A stretch of DNA of 64,000 nucleotides from Octopus vulgaris (GCA_951406725.2 OX597829.1:43586001-43650000), one strand, 5' to 3'; shown: positions 16,255 through 31,154, counted from the first letter of the stretch. Translations and numbers: made by a program. The notes: generated from the sequence alone by a model not told the origin.

Positions 16255-17450
16255 GTGTTTTTTTTTTTTTTTTTCAATTTTATTTTTCTGACTTTTATAT
16301 TTTCCATTAAGTGTACCGATATTCGAACGTTGAGTTCTTGGCATAAAGATCAAACATTTCTGTTTTAGTTGTATATATATATTTTTTTTATCTATTTGTA
16401 TATATATATTTTATTTATCTATTTGTTTTGGCAAGAGACACAAAGTTCATTTTCAACTTGCCAGCTTGGAAATTAGTATACCAAAGTTCTGATTGCTTCG
16501 AATAATTAAGGTGTAATATTGACTCTTTTAGTTGGAAGACCAAATTATGCCAAAAGCGAATTAACTCATTATCCCTGTAGATATTGATTGTTGTTAGCAG
16601 AATTGTAGGGCTAATTTCTGAAAGATCATCTTTTTCAAAAGAAATTACCCGAAGACATGATTACTTTCTCTTCCAATGATTCCAAAAGAACACAATCGGT
16701 ATTTCTTAAATGTAATGTTTTGCATGCATCTAACCTAGCTTAACTTCACGTTATGAAATTTGACCATTTTTCATCGCAGAAAAATGGTCAAACTTGTTGT
16801 TGCTCTTTCGAATTTTTCTATATTATTTGCTTCAAGATAGCCCGGCCAGTTTGAAACATTTAGCCCCCAAAGAACGCTGTACGAATATTCAATATTTTGC
16901 CGTTTATCAGAGAATATGATGGTTTATGATCTCTGATACATACGCCCAGATAATTATTTGTGTGTGTGAGTGTGTGTGCGTGCGTAATTTTACAATGTTA
17001 CACACACATACAAGCACACGAATACACACATTTATATGTATACATACACACACACACACACACACACACGCAACACATATGTTGGTGCCCCTGCATGACC
17101 GTAGTCAAATGACTGAAACAAGTAAAAGAACAAAATAAGACATTAACTGCGGGCTTCTTTCTTTTTTGCTGTAATGTTTTAAACGCTTGCATACTTATGC
17201 GCGCACGCGCGCAGATAGACTGACAGACAGGCACATACACACACACACAAACACACACACAAACACACACACACTTGACAAACATACGTACAAAGAAAAG
17301 GAGAGAACTGTACAAATGATGAAGCAAACAGTGGTAGGTATTGAGATATTAAGATTCAGAGAGTGAAATAAGGAAATAGGAAGGTAAGTAGACAGACAGA
17401 CAGACAGACAAATAGACAGACAGACAGACAAATAGATAGAAGACAGACAA

Positions 17451-17488
<38 letters not shown>

Positions 17489-17489
17489 T

Positions 17490-17525
<36 letters not shown>

Positions 17526-17526
17526 A

Positions 17527-17639
<113 letters not shown>

Positions 17640-17707
17640 CAAGCAGACAGACAGGCGGACGGGCGGATGCATAGACAGGTAATAGACAAGTAGGTAGGTA
17701 GATAGAT

Positions 17708-17747
<40 letters not shown>

Positions 17748-18550
17748 AAAACAGATAGATAAAGAAGCAGGCACACGCGCGCGCACACACAAACACCCAA
17801 ACATACGCACACATTTTATGTGACTGGTAAAAAGGCAGACAGACTGGGAGATATACAAAACGGGCACCAAGACAGAGAGAGGAAAGCTAGCTCGGCTGTT
17901 GCCCAAATATAAGCAAACAACGATGAATAACTACCAGGATAGTAGTCGAATGTTTATGCAGACAGCTGTCCGAATAAATGTATACTGTGAAACAAAGAGC
18001 TGACTGTGTCACCTCTTGACCGCAGCGAGTTGTACAATGTCGTGTTCTCGGTCATTACTGACAAGCTAAAGGCCGGTGTTTCGTTTAAACAAGTTATTAT
18101 TACGTGGTGAAAACGACATAGAAGGAGCCTATATTTATTCACACCTCTCGATTAGCTGACCCTGACACACACACTCTGTTGTATTCTATTTTAGAGGGTA
18201 ATTTGAAAGAAGAAAAAAACAACAACAGTGTAACAAAAGTCAGGTTAATGTATGTTTTCGTATGTTCATTTGTCCGTACACGCACACACACATACACACA
18301 CACACACATACACATACCTATACACACACACATATATGTTTACATAGACAGAGGGGGAGATCCTCTCATTTGAAGTATCTTATACGTAATTATGGTGAAT
18401 AACCAAGACGGCTCTCCTTCTTAACATTCATGCAAATATAGTCCACTATCTCCTAGTATAGCAAAACTTATTTCAATGCAAAAGGCTGGCTGTTTCCATT
18501 GATATCTATATCAGACAACTTCACTGTTACACAGTTGTACAATAATATGT

Positions 18551-18851
18551 GTGGAGGCGCAATGGGTTAGGGCAGCGGACTCGCGGTCGCAGGATCGCGG
18601 TTTCGATTCCCAGACCGGGCGTTGTGTGTGTTTATTGAGCGAAAACACCTAAAAGCTCCACGAGGCTCCGGCAGGGGGTGGTGATCCCTGCTGTACTCTT
18701 TCACCACTCTTTCTCCCACTCTTTCTTCTGTTGGCCTGCTCGCTTAGCCAGCGGGGTGGCGTCATTCGAAGGCTAAAACAATGCGAACGCATTGTGACCA
18801 GCGATGTGTAACAACATCTGATGGTCTGGTCGGTCACGTGATCACGTGATC
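18551..18851 (+). mobile_element. tRNA-derived SINE family D with 12-bp target-site duplication
   Basis: tRNA-like head with GGTTTCGATTCCC, (CACGTGAT)n tail, and ACAATAATATGT at 18539-18550 and 18852-18863. Confidence 0.88.
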
Positions 18852-18874
18852 ACAATAATATGTATCACTTACAA

Positions 18875-19280
18875 TGGCGCACGGCTCAATGGTTTGGGTA
18901 ACAACCTTGCCCGGACTTGTGCTTCGGAGGAGAACTTTTTAGGTGCAATCCGATGGTCATTCATGACCAAAAGAGGCCTTTATCCTTTACCTCATTTACA
19001 TATAATGGTGTGAGGATGGGGATTCTGATATGCATGGGTGACTGCTGGTCTTCCATAAACAACTTTGCCTGGATTTATGCTTCGGAGGAGAACTTTCTAG
19101 GTCCAATCCCATGGTCATTCATGACTGAAGGAGGTCTTTATCCTTTACCTCATTTACATATAATGGTGTGAGGAGGGGATTCTGATATGCATGGGTGACT
19201 GTTGGTCTTCCATAAACAACCTTGCCCAGACTTGTGCCTGGGAGGGTAACTTTCTAGGTGTAATCCCATGGTCATTCATG
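18875..19280 (+). repeat. Tandem ~157-bp repeat (about 2.5 units) of the SINE family E tail
   Basis: AACAAC(C/T)TTGCC...GGTCATTCATG recurs at about 18900, 19058 and 19215. Confidence 0.85.
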
Positions 19281-19546
19281 TGACGAGGACGTAAACACAC
19301 CAGCATCGGTTGTCAAGCAATGCTAGGGGTACAAACACAGACACACAAACACACACACACACATATATATATACACATATATACGACAGGCTTCTTTCAG
19401 TTTCCGTCTACCAAATCCACTCACAAGGCATTGGTCGGTCCGGGGCTATAGCAGAAGACACTTGCCCAAGATGCCACGCAGTGGGACTGAACCCGGAACC
19501 ATGTGGCTGGTTAGCAAGCTACTTACCACACAGCCACTCCTGCGCC
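19281..19546 (-). mobile_element. SINE family A, partial
   Basis: 5' two-thirds of the family A consensus, joined to the family E tail repeats. Confidence 0.85.
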
Positions 19547-21187
19547 TGTCATGTATACACGCCGCAGCTTTTGGTTCTATGACAGATAAACTCAGTCAAC
19601 AAATAACACACTTTTAACAGTTGATACCATAATACAGAATATATATAAAAAAAACAACAACACTCACTACTGGGAAGTGTTACACCAAACTCTCTTTCAG
19701 AAGGCTTCATGTAATAAGCCCTGACATGATTTTGTTTCTTCTGATAATATAAGTATCTTAAAAATTGACACAACGATGTTGAGTGATGTCACTGAAGAGA
19801 ACAAGGTGGAAGGGTTAGAAATAATTTCATCTTTGCTATTTGAATTAAAGCCATTACAGCAAGTAAGAAAGGCATCCGTCATCTCAATTATCGTTATAAT
19901 TAGTATGAACGGCAGCCACTTCTATAAATACGCTGACATGTTTTATAAACACATAGGATGTTTTCAGAAGACAACCAAATCTAGTCAGTGTAAATAAGAA
20001 AAAAAAAAGAAGAAAAATGATTTCTTATATTGAAACAAAGCTAGAAGAAAAGTAATAGTAAATTGTATTTGTTTGTCCACTGTACAATACAAGTACCCAA
20101 TTCTGTTAACACGGATAAATCGATCGATCGAAGGTGGCGTCGTATTTCTTGTTAAAACATATAACTGGAATGATTATGTCTATTTTTCGTCCAGCTTTTT
20201 GCCTTTTCTACTAGTTGAACCTCATACGAGTCAAAGAGGGAATATCTCTGTGGTCGTTTGAACTGCTTGCTAGGCATAGAAAGCTAAATCTCCTTCGAAA
20301 AATCAAGCTCTGCTGTGTCTGTTGAGAGAGAACGACACAGATACGTGCGTTCCGAAACAGCGCAGTAATCGTGCTTTGAACATAGGTTTTCTTCAAAAGG
20401 GATTGATTTTGCGAGTTGAATAACTACGTCAACAGCAGCAAGTGTATAGAAATGTGATCCTTTTTTTTTTTTTTTCCAGAAAAGGAAATAGTCGTTTACT
20501 TAAATAAAATCAACTCTGTCACCTGTCTTATATTACCGTGTAAGTTCTCAGTTACGCTTTACTTGCGTCACAACAACGATTTTCAGTACTTTTAATCATG
20601 ATTGTAGTAAATAAAGAGAGAGAGAGAGAGAGAAAGAAAAGAAAATGGCAAGACAACTACAAATCTCTAAGTAGCATAAAATAGTATATGATAATATACA
20701 GAATGATAAAATAATCACCATGCTTAATAAATTGAAATCTCTGATATGGTTTAAGGATCCAAAAAATGGATTCTGAAATAGTCGATTTACGAGGGGGCCG
20801 CTGAAAACTCCCTGAAGGATCAATTAATTATGATTTAATGCAGCATATGTCCCTCTCAGATTCACAGACTTATTGCGGTGGTCTTTCAGTTTTTCTAACC
20901 CCTGTAGAAAAAAAAGGCCTTTTGCGATAGAATCATTTCCAATGCCGTTTCACCATCCTAGTTGCATAAACTGATATTTATACAGAACTGTAAGTTGTCA
21001 CCATAAGTTTATACCTTTAGTCTATTTGTCTGCCTGTCAATGTACCTGTCTGCTTGATTCCCTTTCTCTCTCTGTATATTTATTTGCATACATACATACG
21101 TATACACACACACATATATATATTTGCATTTTTGTATACATATGTATAATAATAATAATAATTATAATAATAATAATAATAATAGTA

Positions 21188-21231
<44 letters not shown>

Positions 21232-22070
21232 TTGCGTGATCCGTGAATATATCACGGAATTAATGGTAAAATTTATTGCGTTATTTCTGAAAACTATCCC
21301 AAAAAAAGAAAAAAAAAATCCTGATAGCGTAGCCTGTGTTGTGTCTATATGGAAAGATAGTCGCACATCAGCTAATCATTAAAAGGTGAAGGAAACTGGA
21401 ATACGATGATAACTTAATACATTTTATATACTCAATACACAACACTCTCCCTCTTCGTCTTGTCCTCTTCTTCTCTCTCCTTTTTTTTTTTTTTTTGTTC
21501 TTCGCCTTTCCCTCCGACTAATCATGTGAAAGCGTTACAGACGGGCTAAGTTACGGAGGAAAGAAACTTATTTTAAAAAAATTACAGATTTCCCTTACCA
21601 TCCCTCTCCATTTTCCCATATCCCCCCCCCATATCCCCTCCTCTCCCCAGATCACGTTCACTAAAAGATTGGCGTTGTTGAGGGAGTAAGTAAAAGCTGG
21701 GTTCTTTTTCCCAAAGTACATAGTGCTTGAGGTACCAGTCAGTAAACCATTGCTGCATTGTGTCCAGGTCTGGTGGCAGGAAAGATCGATAGCGTATAGG
21801 ATCTGTTCTTTTTTGTCTCAAGGTACAACTTGACGTGATCTTGCATGTTTCAACATTGTAACATTGTAACATTCTTGAAGTTGGCATCTATGCCATTAAT
21901 ATATGCAACTAACAGGAGCGGGGTCCAGGAATGGATCCGGATGTCATCTTTTAGGGTGAAGAATGATGTCCTAGTACCGAAACTACCTTTTTCTCATCGA
22001 AAATGAAGGACTTCAGCCAATTACAGAGATCATCTTTCACAATGTGTGTGCGTGTATATATATATGTATA

Positions 22071-22107
<37 letters not shown>

Positions 22108-23099
22108 GTATAGAAATACATACATACACACAAACACACATATGCAAGATATATGTAATATGTAATATATGTGTTTTTTTATGTACTTCTGAATAAATTC
22201 ATATTCACATCAATCCAGTTAAGACACGCACATACTCACACACTCCCTCCCTCCCTCACTCACTCACTCACTCACTCACTCACTCACACACACTCGCACA
22301 CTCGCAGACTGACACATGCACACACACACATACACACATAGCACTCTCTATCTCTCTCCAGATTTTTGCGACTATTTACTGTAACTAGTATTAATGTTGG
22401 TGTTGCTACTACTATTGACAATAGTGATGATACAGGCAATGCATCAATAACAACACCAACACCACCACCACCACCAGCACCACCAGCACTACCACCAGCA
22501 CTACCAACAACACCACCACCAACAACAACACCACCACCACCACCACCAACAACAACAACACCAACAACACCACCACCAACAACAACAACACCACCAGCAC
22601 CACCAATAACAACACCACCAACAACAACAACAACACCACCACCATCAACAACAACAACAACAACAACAACAACAGCAGCAGTAGTATCTACAAGAATGGC
22701 AATAAATTTTTCGCAGCAACCTACCAACTCTCACCTTCACCACAACCAAGAACAACCAACAACCACCAAAGAACAACCAACAAAACAACAACAACAACGA
22801 CAACGACGACGACTATTACTAATACCAAACACTATAATAACCGGCTAGAATTACATCAAAATCGACAATAGCAGTATCAACAAGGAGAGGAAGGAGAAGA
22901 AGAAGAAGAATTTTGGTTAATTTGTTTGGCTGGACATAGAAACAGAATATCGTCTGTTTCCTTCGCCAGTCTGGATCTTTTGGCGTTTTCACAAATATAA
23001 TCACTAACATTGGCGCCAAATATCAGAAAATCACTGGAAAACACGTTTGAAAATCTATGCGCTATAGAGTCAAAACATATGTTCACACATACTAATAAT

Positions 23100-23137
<38 letters not shown>

Positions 23138-23597
23138 ACACTCACACATACACACACATATGAACATACACATATAGATTCAGACACACTCACAGAAACA
23201 TGCAGGCACCGAAGGACGGAACAATCACTCACACACACTCATCCGCTGACGTACAACTCGCATTAACCGTCTCCATCTTTGTTATACAAATATGTACGCA
23301 TAAACAAACTAAACCGTACACACACACACACACACACAATCACATACACACACACACACATTCACTCACACACACACACACAGACAAGATATGCAATTTA
23401 CACACTGCAGAGCCGTGATAATATTCACAACATTCCTTCTGTCGATCTATATTCTTTCAATTCTGTTTTGCTATTTTTTTTTTCTTTCTAAATCTTCCAG
23501 TTATTATCTTTCAATGAATCCACTTATATAATTTAATATTTTTTTTTCTCTGCACCGTTCAATCTTAATTTTGCACATGCGCATGCACACAAATATA

Positions 23598-23915
23598 TGT
23601 GTGTATGGATGGATGGATGTATATATAACATGTGTGTATGAATGTATGGATGTATATATAACGTGTGTATGGATGGATGGATGTATATATAACATGTGTG
23701 TATTGATGGATGGATGTATATATAACATGTGTGTATGAATGGATGGATGTATATATAACATGTGTGTATGGATGGATGTATATATAACATGTGTGTATGG
23801 ATGGATGGATGTATATATAACATGTGTGTATGGATGGATGGATGTATATATAACATGTGTGTATGAATGTATGGATGTATATATAACATGTGTGTATGGA
23901 TGGATGGATGTGTAT
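23598..23915. repeat. Minisatellite, ~29-33-bp unit GTATGGATGGATGGATGTATATATAACATGTGT (about 10 copies)
   Basis: Directly visible tandem array. Confidence 0.9.
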
Positions 23916-24889
23916 ATAAGCATATAGGCATTTATATACGTATGGATATATGCATGTGTATAAGTATAAATATGGGTATGTAACATATAATGTCTAAAAT
24001 GCTATGATGGACTCTCCCGTCGAAGATGGCGTATGAGCGTTTAGTTTTTTTGCTGAACGAACTACGCAAATGATTTGTTTATATCGATCAAATCTGCGTG
24101 TCTTACATTAGCTCACTCATTTAATCAAATCCACGTTGCCTAGACATGTACATGGTGTACCACACGTCAGGTGTCGAAGTGAACACGGAGCAACAACATG
24201 AGATGAAGTGTTTTGCTCAAGAACACAACGTATCACCGGGTCTAGTCTGTCCGTGTCCTGTCAACCAGCCATCTTTGTTTCATTTGCTACCAGCTTATAA
24301 TTTCATCAACACGTATCTTTGTATCAAAGTAGCCTCTGACATATCTTTGTATATACGCTTACATTCGGCAAGCTTAAAGGATCTGACCTAGAATAATTTT
24401 TCTTAATCTAATTTAAATACATTAAAAGAATGAGAGAAAAAAAAAACGGTAATATATTCAAGCTGTGCTCGTATAAAATATACGTGCGGATGATGCGAAG
24501 TTTATAGTAGTTACTCTTGGGATAACGATGAAATTCTTGTACAAGGTTTATTCGTCTTTTGTATATTTCCTGCATTTGATCTTAATGCTAGTGAAAGGTG
24601 ACGAACTGGCAGAATTATTAACGCACCAGAAAAAAATGCCAGCCATTTTTTTCCTACATTACGTTCTGAGTTCAAATATCGCCGAGGCCGACGTTGTCTT
24701 TCATCTTTTGCAGTCGATGAAATAATAACCTGCTGAGAACTAGGGTCGATATAAACGACTTCCCACTTGCTTCCAAACCTGTCCTAGTGCCAAAATTTGA
24801 AACCGATATTATTGCTAAGTCCAAGAAGTGGGACTTAAAAGCACCAGTAAATAACGGTTTACACAAATATACTATATGTATTCTTTTAT

Positions 24890-25051
24890 TCATTTATTTG
24901 CTTCAGTCATTTTCACTGCGGCCATGCTGGAGCACCAACTTTAGTCGAACAAATCGACCCTAGGGCTTATTCTATCGGTCTCTTTTGCCGAACCGCTAGG
25001 TGACGGGGACGTAAACACACCAGCATCGGTTGTCAAGCAATACTAGGGGGA

Positions 25052-25111
<60 letters not shown>

Positions 25112-25173
25112 CGACAGGCTTCTTTCAGTTTCCGTCTACCAAATCCACTCACAAGGCATTGGTCGGTCCGGGG

Positions 25174-25176
<3 letters not shown>
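24890..25176 (-). mobile_element. SINE family A, 5'-truncated
   Basis: Matches the family A body and tail. Confidence 0.85.
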
Positions 25177-25208
<32 letters not shown>

Positions 25209-25969
25209 CCTTTTCATTACTGTCTTCTCATGAATTACACAGTGTATCAAATAAAACAAGAGCATTAGAGAGCACAAACCTCCGCCAAGGCAACACCAAA
25301 GTTTTCTCAACGATTAGCTGGAGATGATTTTTGAAATGAGAATATCTGAAAATAAATGTGTGCATTATACATGTATGTATACATGTAAGTTAGTGATTAG
25401 TCGACCATTGCAGCTTATTGGCGCATTGATATCGAAAAACAAGAAAGACAAAGTTCACCTCGGTGGAATTTGAAGAACCGTTGAATGGAGTGTGACTTAG
25501 TTCTATATCTTCGGCCTTATTATTACTTGACTGTTACTTTAATTCATAGATCCAGAAAAGTTTTTTAAAAAAAAGGACAGTTTATCTCGGCAAAATTTGA
25601 AACCGCCATTACATTTTTACACTCTGCGGCCGTTGTTACAAGCTTCATTTTTTTTTTTTTTTTTTGTATTTTGGCTGTGCGCTCCAAGCTTATCCAATAC
25701 CCAATGGATTTCACTTTCAAATACATTTGTTGCTGTTATAGCCACAGCTACTGCTGCTACTAATGCTGCTCCTGCTGCTGTTATTGCTCTTAATCTGTTA
25801 TTGAAGCAATAGGTCCGTACAGTGAGCCTAGGTTTCGCCAACCCGCACTCAATCTGAACTTTGCTAGCTGTTGACACAACCGTTCAACATAGGATAAGTT
25901 CTTAATCTTCTGATCGTGATGTTACTGACAAAATGAGACAATTGATACTGGAGGAAGTCAGAACAAAAC

Positions 25970-25975
25970 GACGAC

Positions 25976-26013
<38 letters not shown>

Positions 26014-27374
26014 CAATAATAATAATAATGATAATAATAATAATAATGATGATAATAATAATAATAATAATAGTAGTAGTAGTAGTAGTAATAATAATAA
26101 TAATAATGATTGTAATAATAATAATAATAATAATGATGTTGGTGATGGAGAGAGGAAGGAGGAGGAACAGGAGTAGGATGATGATGATGAGAATGCTATT
26201 GATGGTGGTGGTGGTGGTGGTGGTGGTCATAAATGATGATTAATAATAGTCTGGTGGTGGTCCTATGGTGGTCGTTTGTTGTTGGTGGTGGTCTGGTATT
26301 GATTGTTGTTGTTATTGTTGTTGCTGCTACTGCTGCTGCTGCTGCTGATTACAATGGTAGTGGTTGCTGCAATAAGGGTCACGGTGACGGTGACGGTGAT
26401 GGCGATGGTTGAGAAAAAAAATGTGAGGTCATTGGTGGAGGCCATTGTGATAGTGACAACGAGGGAGGCGACAAAAAAACGTCCGCGATGGCCACGGCGG
26501 CGGAGGAGATGAAGTTGATGACGATAAAGATGTCAGTCTTGTTCGCGACGGTAGTGGTGGTGGTGGTGGTGGTAGTGGTGGTCGTCGCTGTTGTCATCGT
26601 GATGGAGGTAGTAATGGTTAGTGGTGACGATGATGATGAAGATGATGGCGAAGGTGATGGTGGCATTGGTGAAGATGGTGGCGAAGGTGATGGTGATGAT
26701 GGCGGCGGTGGTGGTGATGGTGGCATTGGTGAAGATGATGGCGAAGGTGATGGTGATCGGTGATGATGGTGATGATGGCGGTGGTGGTTGTGGTGGTGAT
26801 TGGTGATGATGGCGGTGGTGGTTGTGGTGGTGATTGGTGATGATGGCGGTGGTGGTTGTGGTGGTGATTGGTGATGATGGCGGTGGTGGTTGTGGTGGTG
26901 ATGAAGACGACGATGATGGTAATTGTGATGGTGATGGTGGTGGTAATGGTGGAGGTTATAGAGAATGAAGGGGGGGCAGGAAAAGAGATGAGACAAACAA
27001 GGGGAAGTGGAATTAGTGAGTAAACACTCCCTTCGCTGTTTATCCCTTTCGTCGCCAACAAATGAACAGGCGACTTTGTTAGAGTTAAACATTGTGCAGC
27101 ATACACACGTTATCACAGAAAAGACCCAACAACCAGCACCTTTGTTCACTAAGTGCAAAGGCGATGTTTGCTTCCAAAACCACCGCCGCCAACGCCAACA
27201 CCAACACCAACGCCGTCATCGCAACCACCATCACAATTATCACAACTACCACCATCACAATTATCACCAGCACCAGCACCACCGTCATCACCACCACCAT
27301 TACAACTATCACCACCACCACCATTACTGCCACCACCACTACTACAACTACTACTACTTCTGCTGCTGCTACTT

Positions 27375-27412
<38 letters not shown>

Positions 27413-27572
27413 GCTGCTGCTACTTCTACTACTACTACTACTATTGCTGCTGCTGCTGCTACTACTACTACTATTACTACTACTACTACTGCTGCTGCTA
27501 CAGCTGCTGCAACTACTACTACTATTACTAATGCTGCTGCTGCTACTACTACTATTGCTATTGCTGCTGCTG

Positions 27573-27630
<58 letters not shown>
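25970..27630. repeat. Compound trinucleotide repeat field (GAT/AAT/GGT, then CAC/CTA/CTG)
   Basis: Directly visible; interrupted by a unique island at about 26960-27180. Confidence 0.9.
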
Positions 27631-28159
27631 ACTCGTTTGTTGTCTTCATCCTGTCACTCTCTTCTTGCTTGCTACTCCGTCTTCAACTTCTATTCCTCCC
27701 ACCGCCATCTCCAAACACCAATTTTACTCCAGTAAGTAACTACGAATATCCAAGAAATAGTTTTATTATTTTTTTTTTCGTAGGTCTGCAATGTTTACAC
27801 GGATTTCATTTGTTTACGTGCGTGTGTTTACGTGTCTATTATGGCTGTTTTATAATTGTGTTGTCCTTCAGCGCTGACTAAGCAACTCTATGGAAGAAAA
27901 TATTCCAGGTTAAACGTCAACATCACACATCACCACCACCACCACTACCACCATCACCACCACCACCAACAACAACAACAACAACACAACAACAACCCCC
28001 GTATCATAGCAGTTCGACGAAAGAGACCGATGGAATAAATACTAGGCCTGGAAAATAATAATTTAAGGCGGTGCTCCAGCAAGGCCGCAGGTGATAATGT
28101 TGACGTTTAACCTGGAACATTTTCTTCCATAAATACAAAGTCACACATATATTCTTGTA

Positions 28160-28413
28160 TTCTTTAATCCTTTTACGTGTTTCAGTCATTTGACTGCAGC
28201 CATGCTGGAGCACCGACTAAATGGGTTTTAGTCGAACAAATCGACCCGACCCCCACCCCACCAGGACTTATTGTTTTGTAAGCCTAGACCTTTTCCTATC
28301 AGCGTCTTTTGCCGAACCGCTAAGTCACACGTACGTTAACAAACCAACATCTTGTTGTCAAGTGATGGAGGGTGGGAGACAAACACACACACAAAAATAT
28401 ATACATATATGTG

Positions 28414-28454
<41 letters not shown>

Positions 28455-28592
28455 GACTGGCTTCTTTTCAGTTTCCGTCTACCAAATCCGTCTACCAAGG
28501 CTATAATAGTAGACACTTGCCCAAGGTGCCACGCAGAGGAACTGAACCACGAGCCATGTTGTTGGGAAGCAAGTTTCTTACCACACAGCCAC
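28160..28592 (-). mobile_element. SINE family A, diverged
   Basis: Matches family A with many substitutions. Confidence 0.8.
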
Positions 28593-28679
28593 GAAAACTC
28601 TAGAGTGTTGTTTGCAAAGCATTTGGCTGTTATTTCTTGAATGTCAGACAACTGCGTTAGAACCTTCCTCACTTCACAT

Positions 28680-28850
28680 CCTACGTGTTGTGTACTTACT
28701 TGACCGTTCACGGCTGAGCTAGGGCCACATAGTATAGACGGCAGTAGCATCGTACCTACAGTAAATTTGACTTCTGCAAATGTGGTTGCTCCAGCATTGT
28801 CGTTCAAGATAATGGACACATTAAGTAACATATCTGAGATAAAGTATATT
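28680..28850 (-). pseudogene. Possible decayed Helitron Rep/helicase fragment
   Basis: Minus strand gives LYLR then, after a frameshift, MLLNVSIILNDNAGATTFAEVKFTVGTMLLPS. This loosely resembles the Helitron YLRLLL..V.G(A/P)TSF.DL.TV.G motif; resemblance only. Confidence 0.3.
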
Positions 28851-29254
28851 TTCGCATATTTTTATGACTGAACATGCTTCGGCCGTTGGACTGCGGTTAT
28901 GCTAAGGCAATCTACAAATTTGCAATGGTCATCACTAGACAATCATATAACTATTCGATCAGGGTCATATTGAACAATAGAACGAAAAACAACAGTAGCA
29001 ATAACAACAACAACAACAACAACAATAAATACACCTTGCTGTCAGAAAAAAGAAATGGATACACCAGGTAATGAAGTGCTAAATATGATATTTGAAAGAA
29101 TAGCGGGTATGTTGCAGCTGCGACGAAAATATCTTAACATTAATTCTTTTAAGATTTCTCGATCATGGCTTGTCAGGACGAAATCACATGCAACAACAAG
29201 ATTGCAAGACCAAGCAGTCGCTCTAGCTATTATCAAATACTCTTAGAATCCTAT

Positions 29255-29443
29255 CTTTTTACTTGTTTCAGTCATTTGACTGCGGCCATGCTGGAGCACC
29301 GCCTTTAATCGAGCAAATCGACCCCGGGACTTATTCTTTTGTAAGCCCAGTACTTATTCTATCGGTCTCTTTTGCCAAACCGCTAAGTAACGGGGACGTA
29401 AAAACACCAGCTAGGGGGACAAACACAGACACAAACACACACA

Positions 29444-29499
<56 letters not shown>

Positions 29500-29650
29500 T
29501 ACGACGGGCTTCTTTCAGTTTCCATCTACCAAACCCACTCACAAGGCTTTTGTCGGCCCGAGGCTATAGTAGAAGACACTTGCCCAAGGTGCCATGCAGT
29601 GGGACTGAACCCGGAACCATGTGGTTGGTAAACAAGCTACTTACCACATA
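29255..29650 (-). mobile_element. SINE family A
   Basis: Matches family A with a small internal deletion. Confidence 0.88.
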
Positions 29651-29933
29651 GTCTGATAAGCAACAGGAAGGAGATAATCGATAATGTAGCAATAGGTAAA
29701 TTATCTCATAAAGAATGATGGGATATTCATGGCTGGCAACCTTAAGCCAAAGACTTTGTACAACAAGGATTAATGTAAGCTACACAGTTATGATCATTTT
29801 TCAGATGTCAGTAAATTAAAAGAGGGACAAATATCCCTTGACCAACATGAGGCGGTGTTAGTTGATATGAAATTATAGAATTATGAGGCAAATGAAGAAT
29901 CGTTTTTGTTTTCATTTATTTATTGATGTAAAA

Positions 29934-30095
29934 GTGGCTTGATAGTAAGAAGCTTGCTTCTCAACCACATGGTTCCGGATTCAGTCCCACTATTTGGCAC
30001 ATTGGGCGAGTGTCTTCCACTATAGCCGCGCGCCGACCAAAGTCTTTTGAGTGGATTTGGCAGGCGGAATTTGACGAGAAGCCCATCGTATGTAA

Positions 30096-30139
<44 letters not shown>

Positions 30140-30370
30140 TTATCTTTGTATATATTTGTGTGTCTGGGTTTGTCCTCCCTCCATTGCTTGACAACCGATG
30201 TTAGTGTATTACCGGCCCCGTATCATAGCAGTTCGACGTAAGAGACCGACAGAATAAATACTAGGCTTGCAAAGAATAGGTTCTAGTTTTCGATTTCTTC
30301 TGCTAGAATCATTTAAGGCGGTGCTCCAGCAAGGCCGCAGTCAAATGACTGAAAGCAAGAAAAAAGAATA
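29934..30370 (+). mobile_element. SINE family A, diverged
   Basis: Recognisable head, internal microsatellite and tail. Confidence 0.8.
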
Positions 30371-30861
30371 CAATAAACGTACTTAAGCCAATGCAGACCT
30401 CTAAGATGGCGTCAATATGGACCACTAAAAGAATAAACTACAGACAAATCTGAGTTTGTTCTAAACGGAATTGCTTAATGCTATGTTATTCATGCATTTG
30501 TCTGTTTATCAACGTACTTGTATTTAATCTTCCCGCTCTATCTTTTCTGCGCTTGTCTTTACATTTGCATATATAAACACAGACATATGTTTATATATGC
30601 ATGTGTATATATATATATGTGTGTGTGTGTATGTGTGTGTGTATCTTTTATCCTTTACATTTACTTGTTTCAGTCATTACACTTCGGCCATGCTTGGGCA
30701 TCGCCTTGAAGACTTTATAGTCGAACGTATCGATTCCAGTACACTTTTGTTTCAAGTCTGGTACTTATTCTATCGATCTCTTTTACCGAAACTTTAAGTT
30801 ACGATGATGTAAATACACCATCGCCAGTTATCAAGCGGTAGCGGTACGAGACTACCCCCGC

Positions 30862-30896
<35 letters not shown>

Positions 30897-30999
30897 TACA
30901 TATATATATATATGTATATATGTATATATATATATAATTATACATATATATACATATATATGTATATATGTATATATATATATATATATATATACGTAC

Positions 31000-31035
<36 letters not shown>

Positions 31036-31154
31036 ATGTTTGTATGTATATATATATATATATGTATGTATGTATATGTTTGTATGTATATATATATATA
31101 TGTGTGTATGTATATATATATGTATATATATATATATGTGTGTGTATGTATATA

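Noticed and set aside
20788-20820. TACGAGGGGGCCGCTGAAAA resembling a mariner terminal repeat
   Set aside because: No matching second terminus or transposase remnant identified.
22284-22848. Pro/Thr-rich mucin-like ORF and Gly/Val-rich antisense ORF (also 27092-27881)
   Set aside because: Compound (CCA/ACA/CTA)n repeats open in several frames on both strands; no exon evidence.
23598-23915. Regular ~30-bp repeats superficially like a CRISPR array
   Set aside because: Contiguous tandem units without unique spacers, eukaryotic context, no cas genes.
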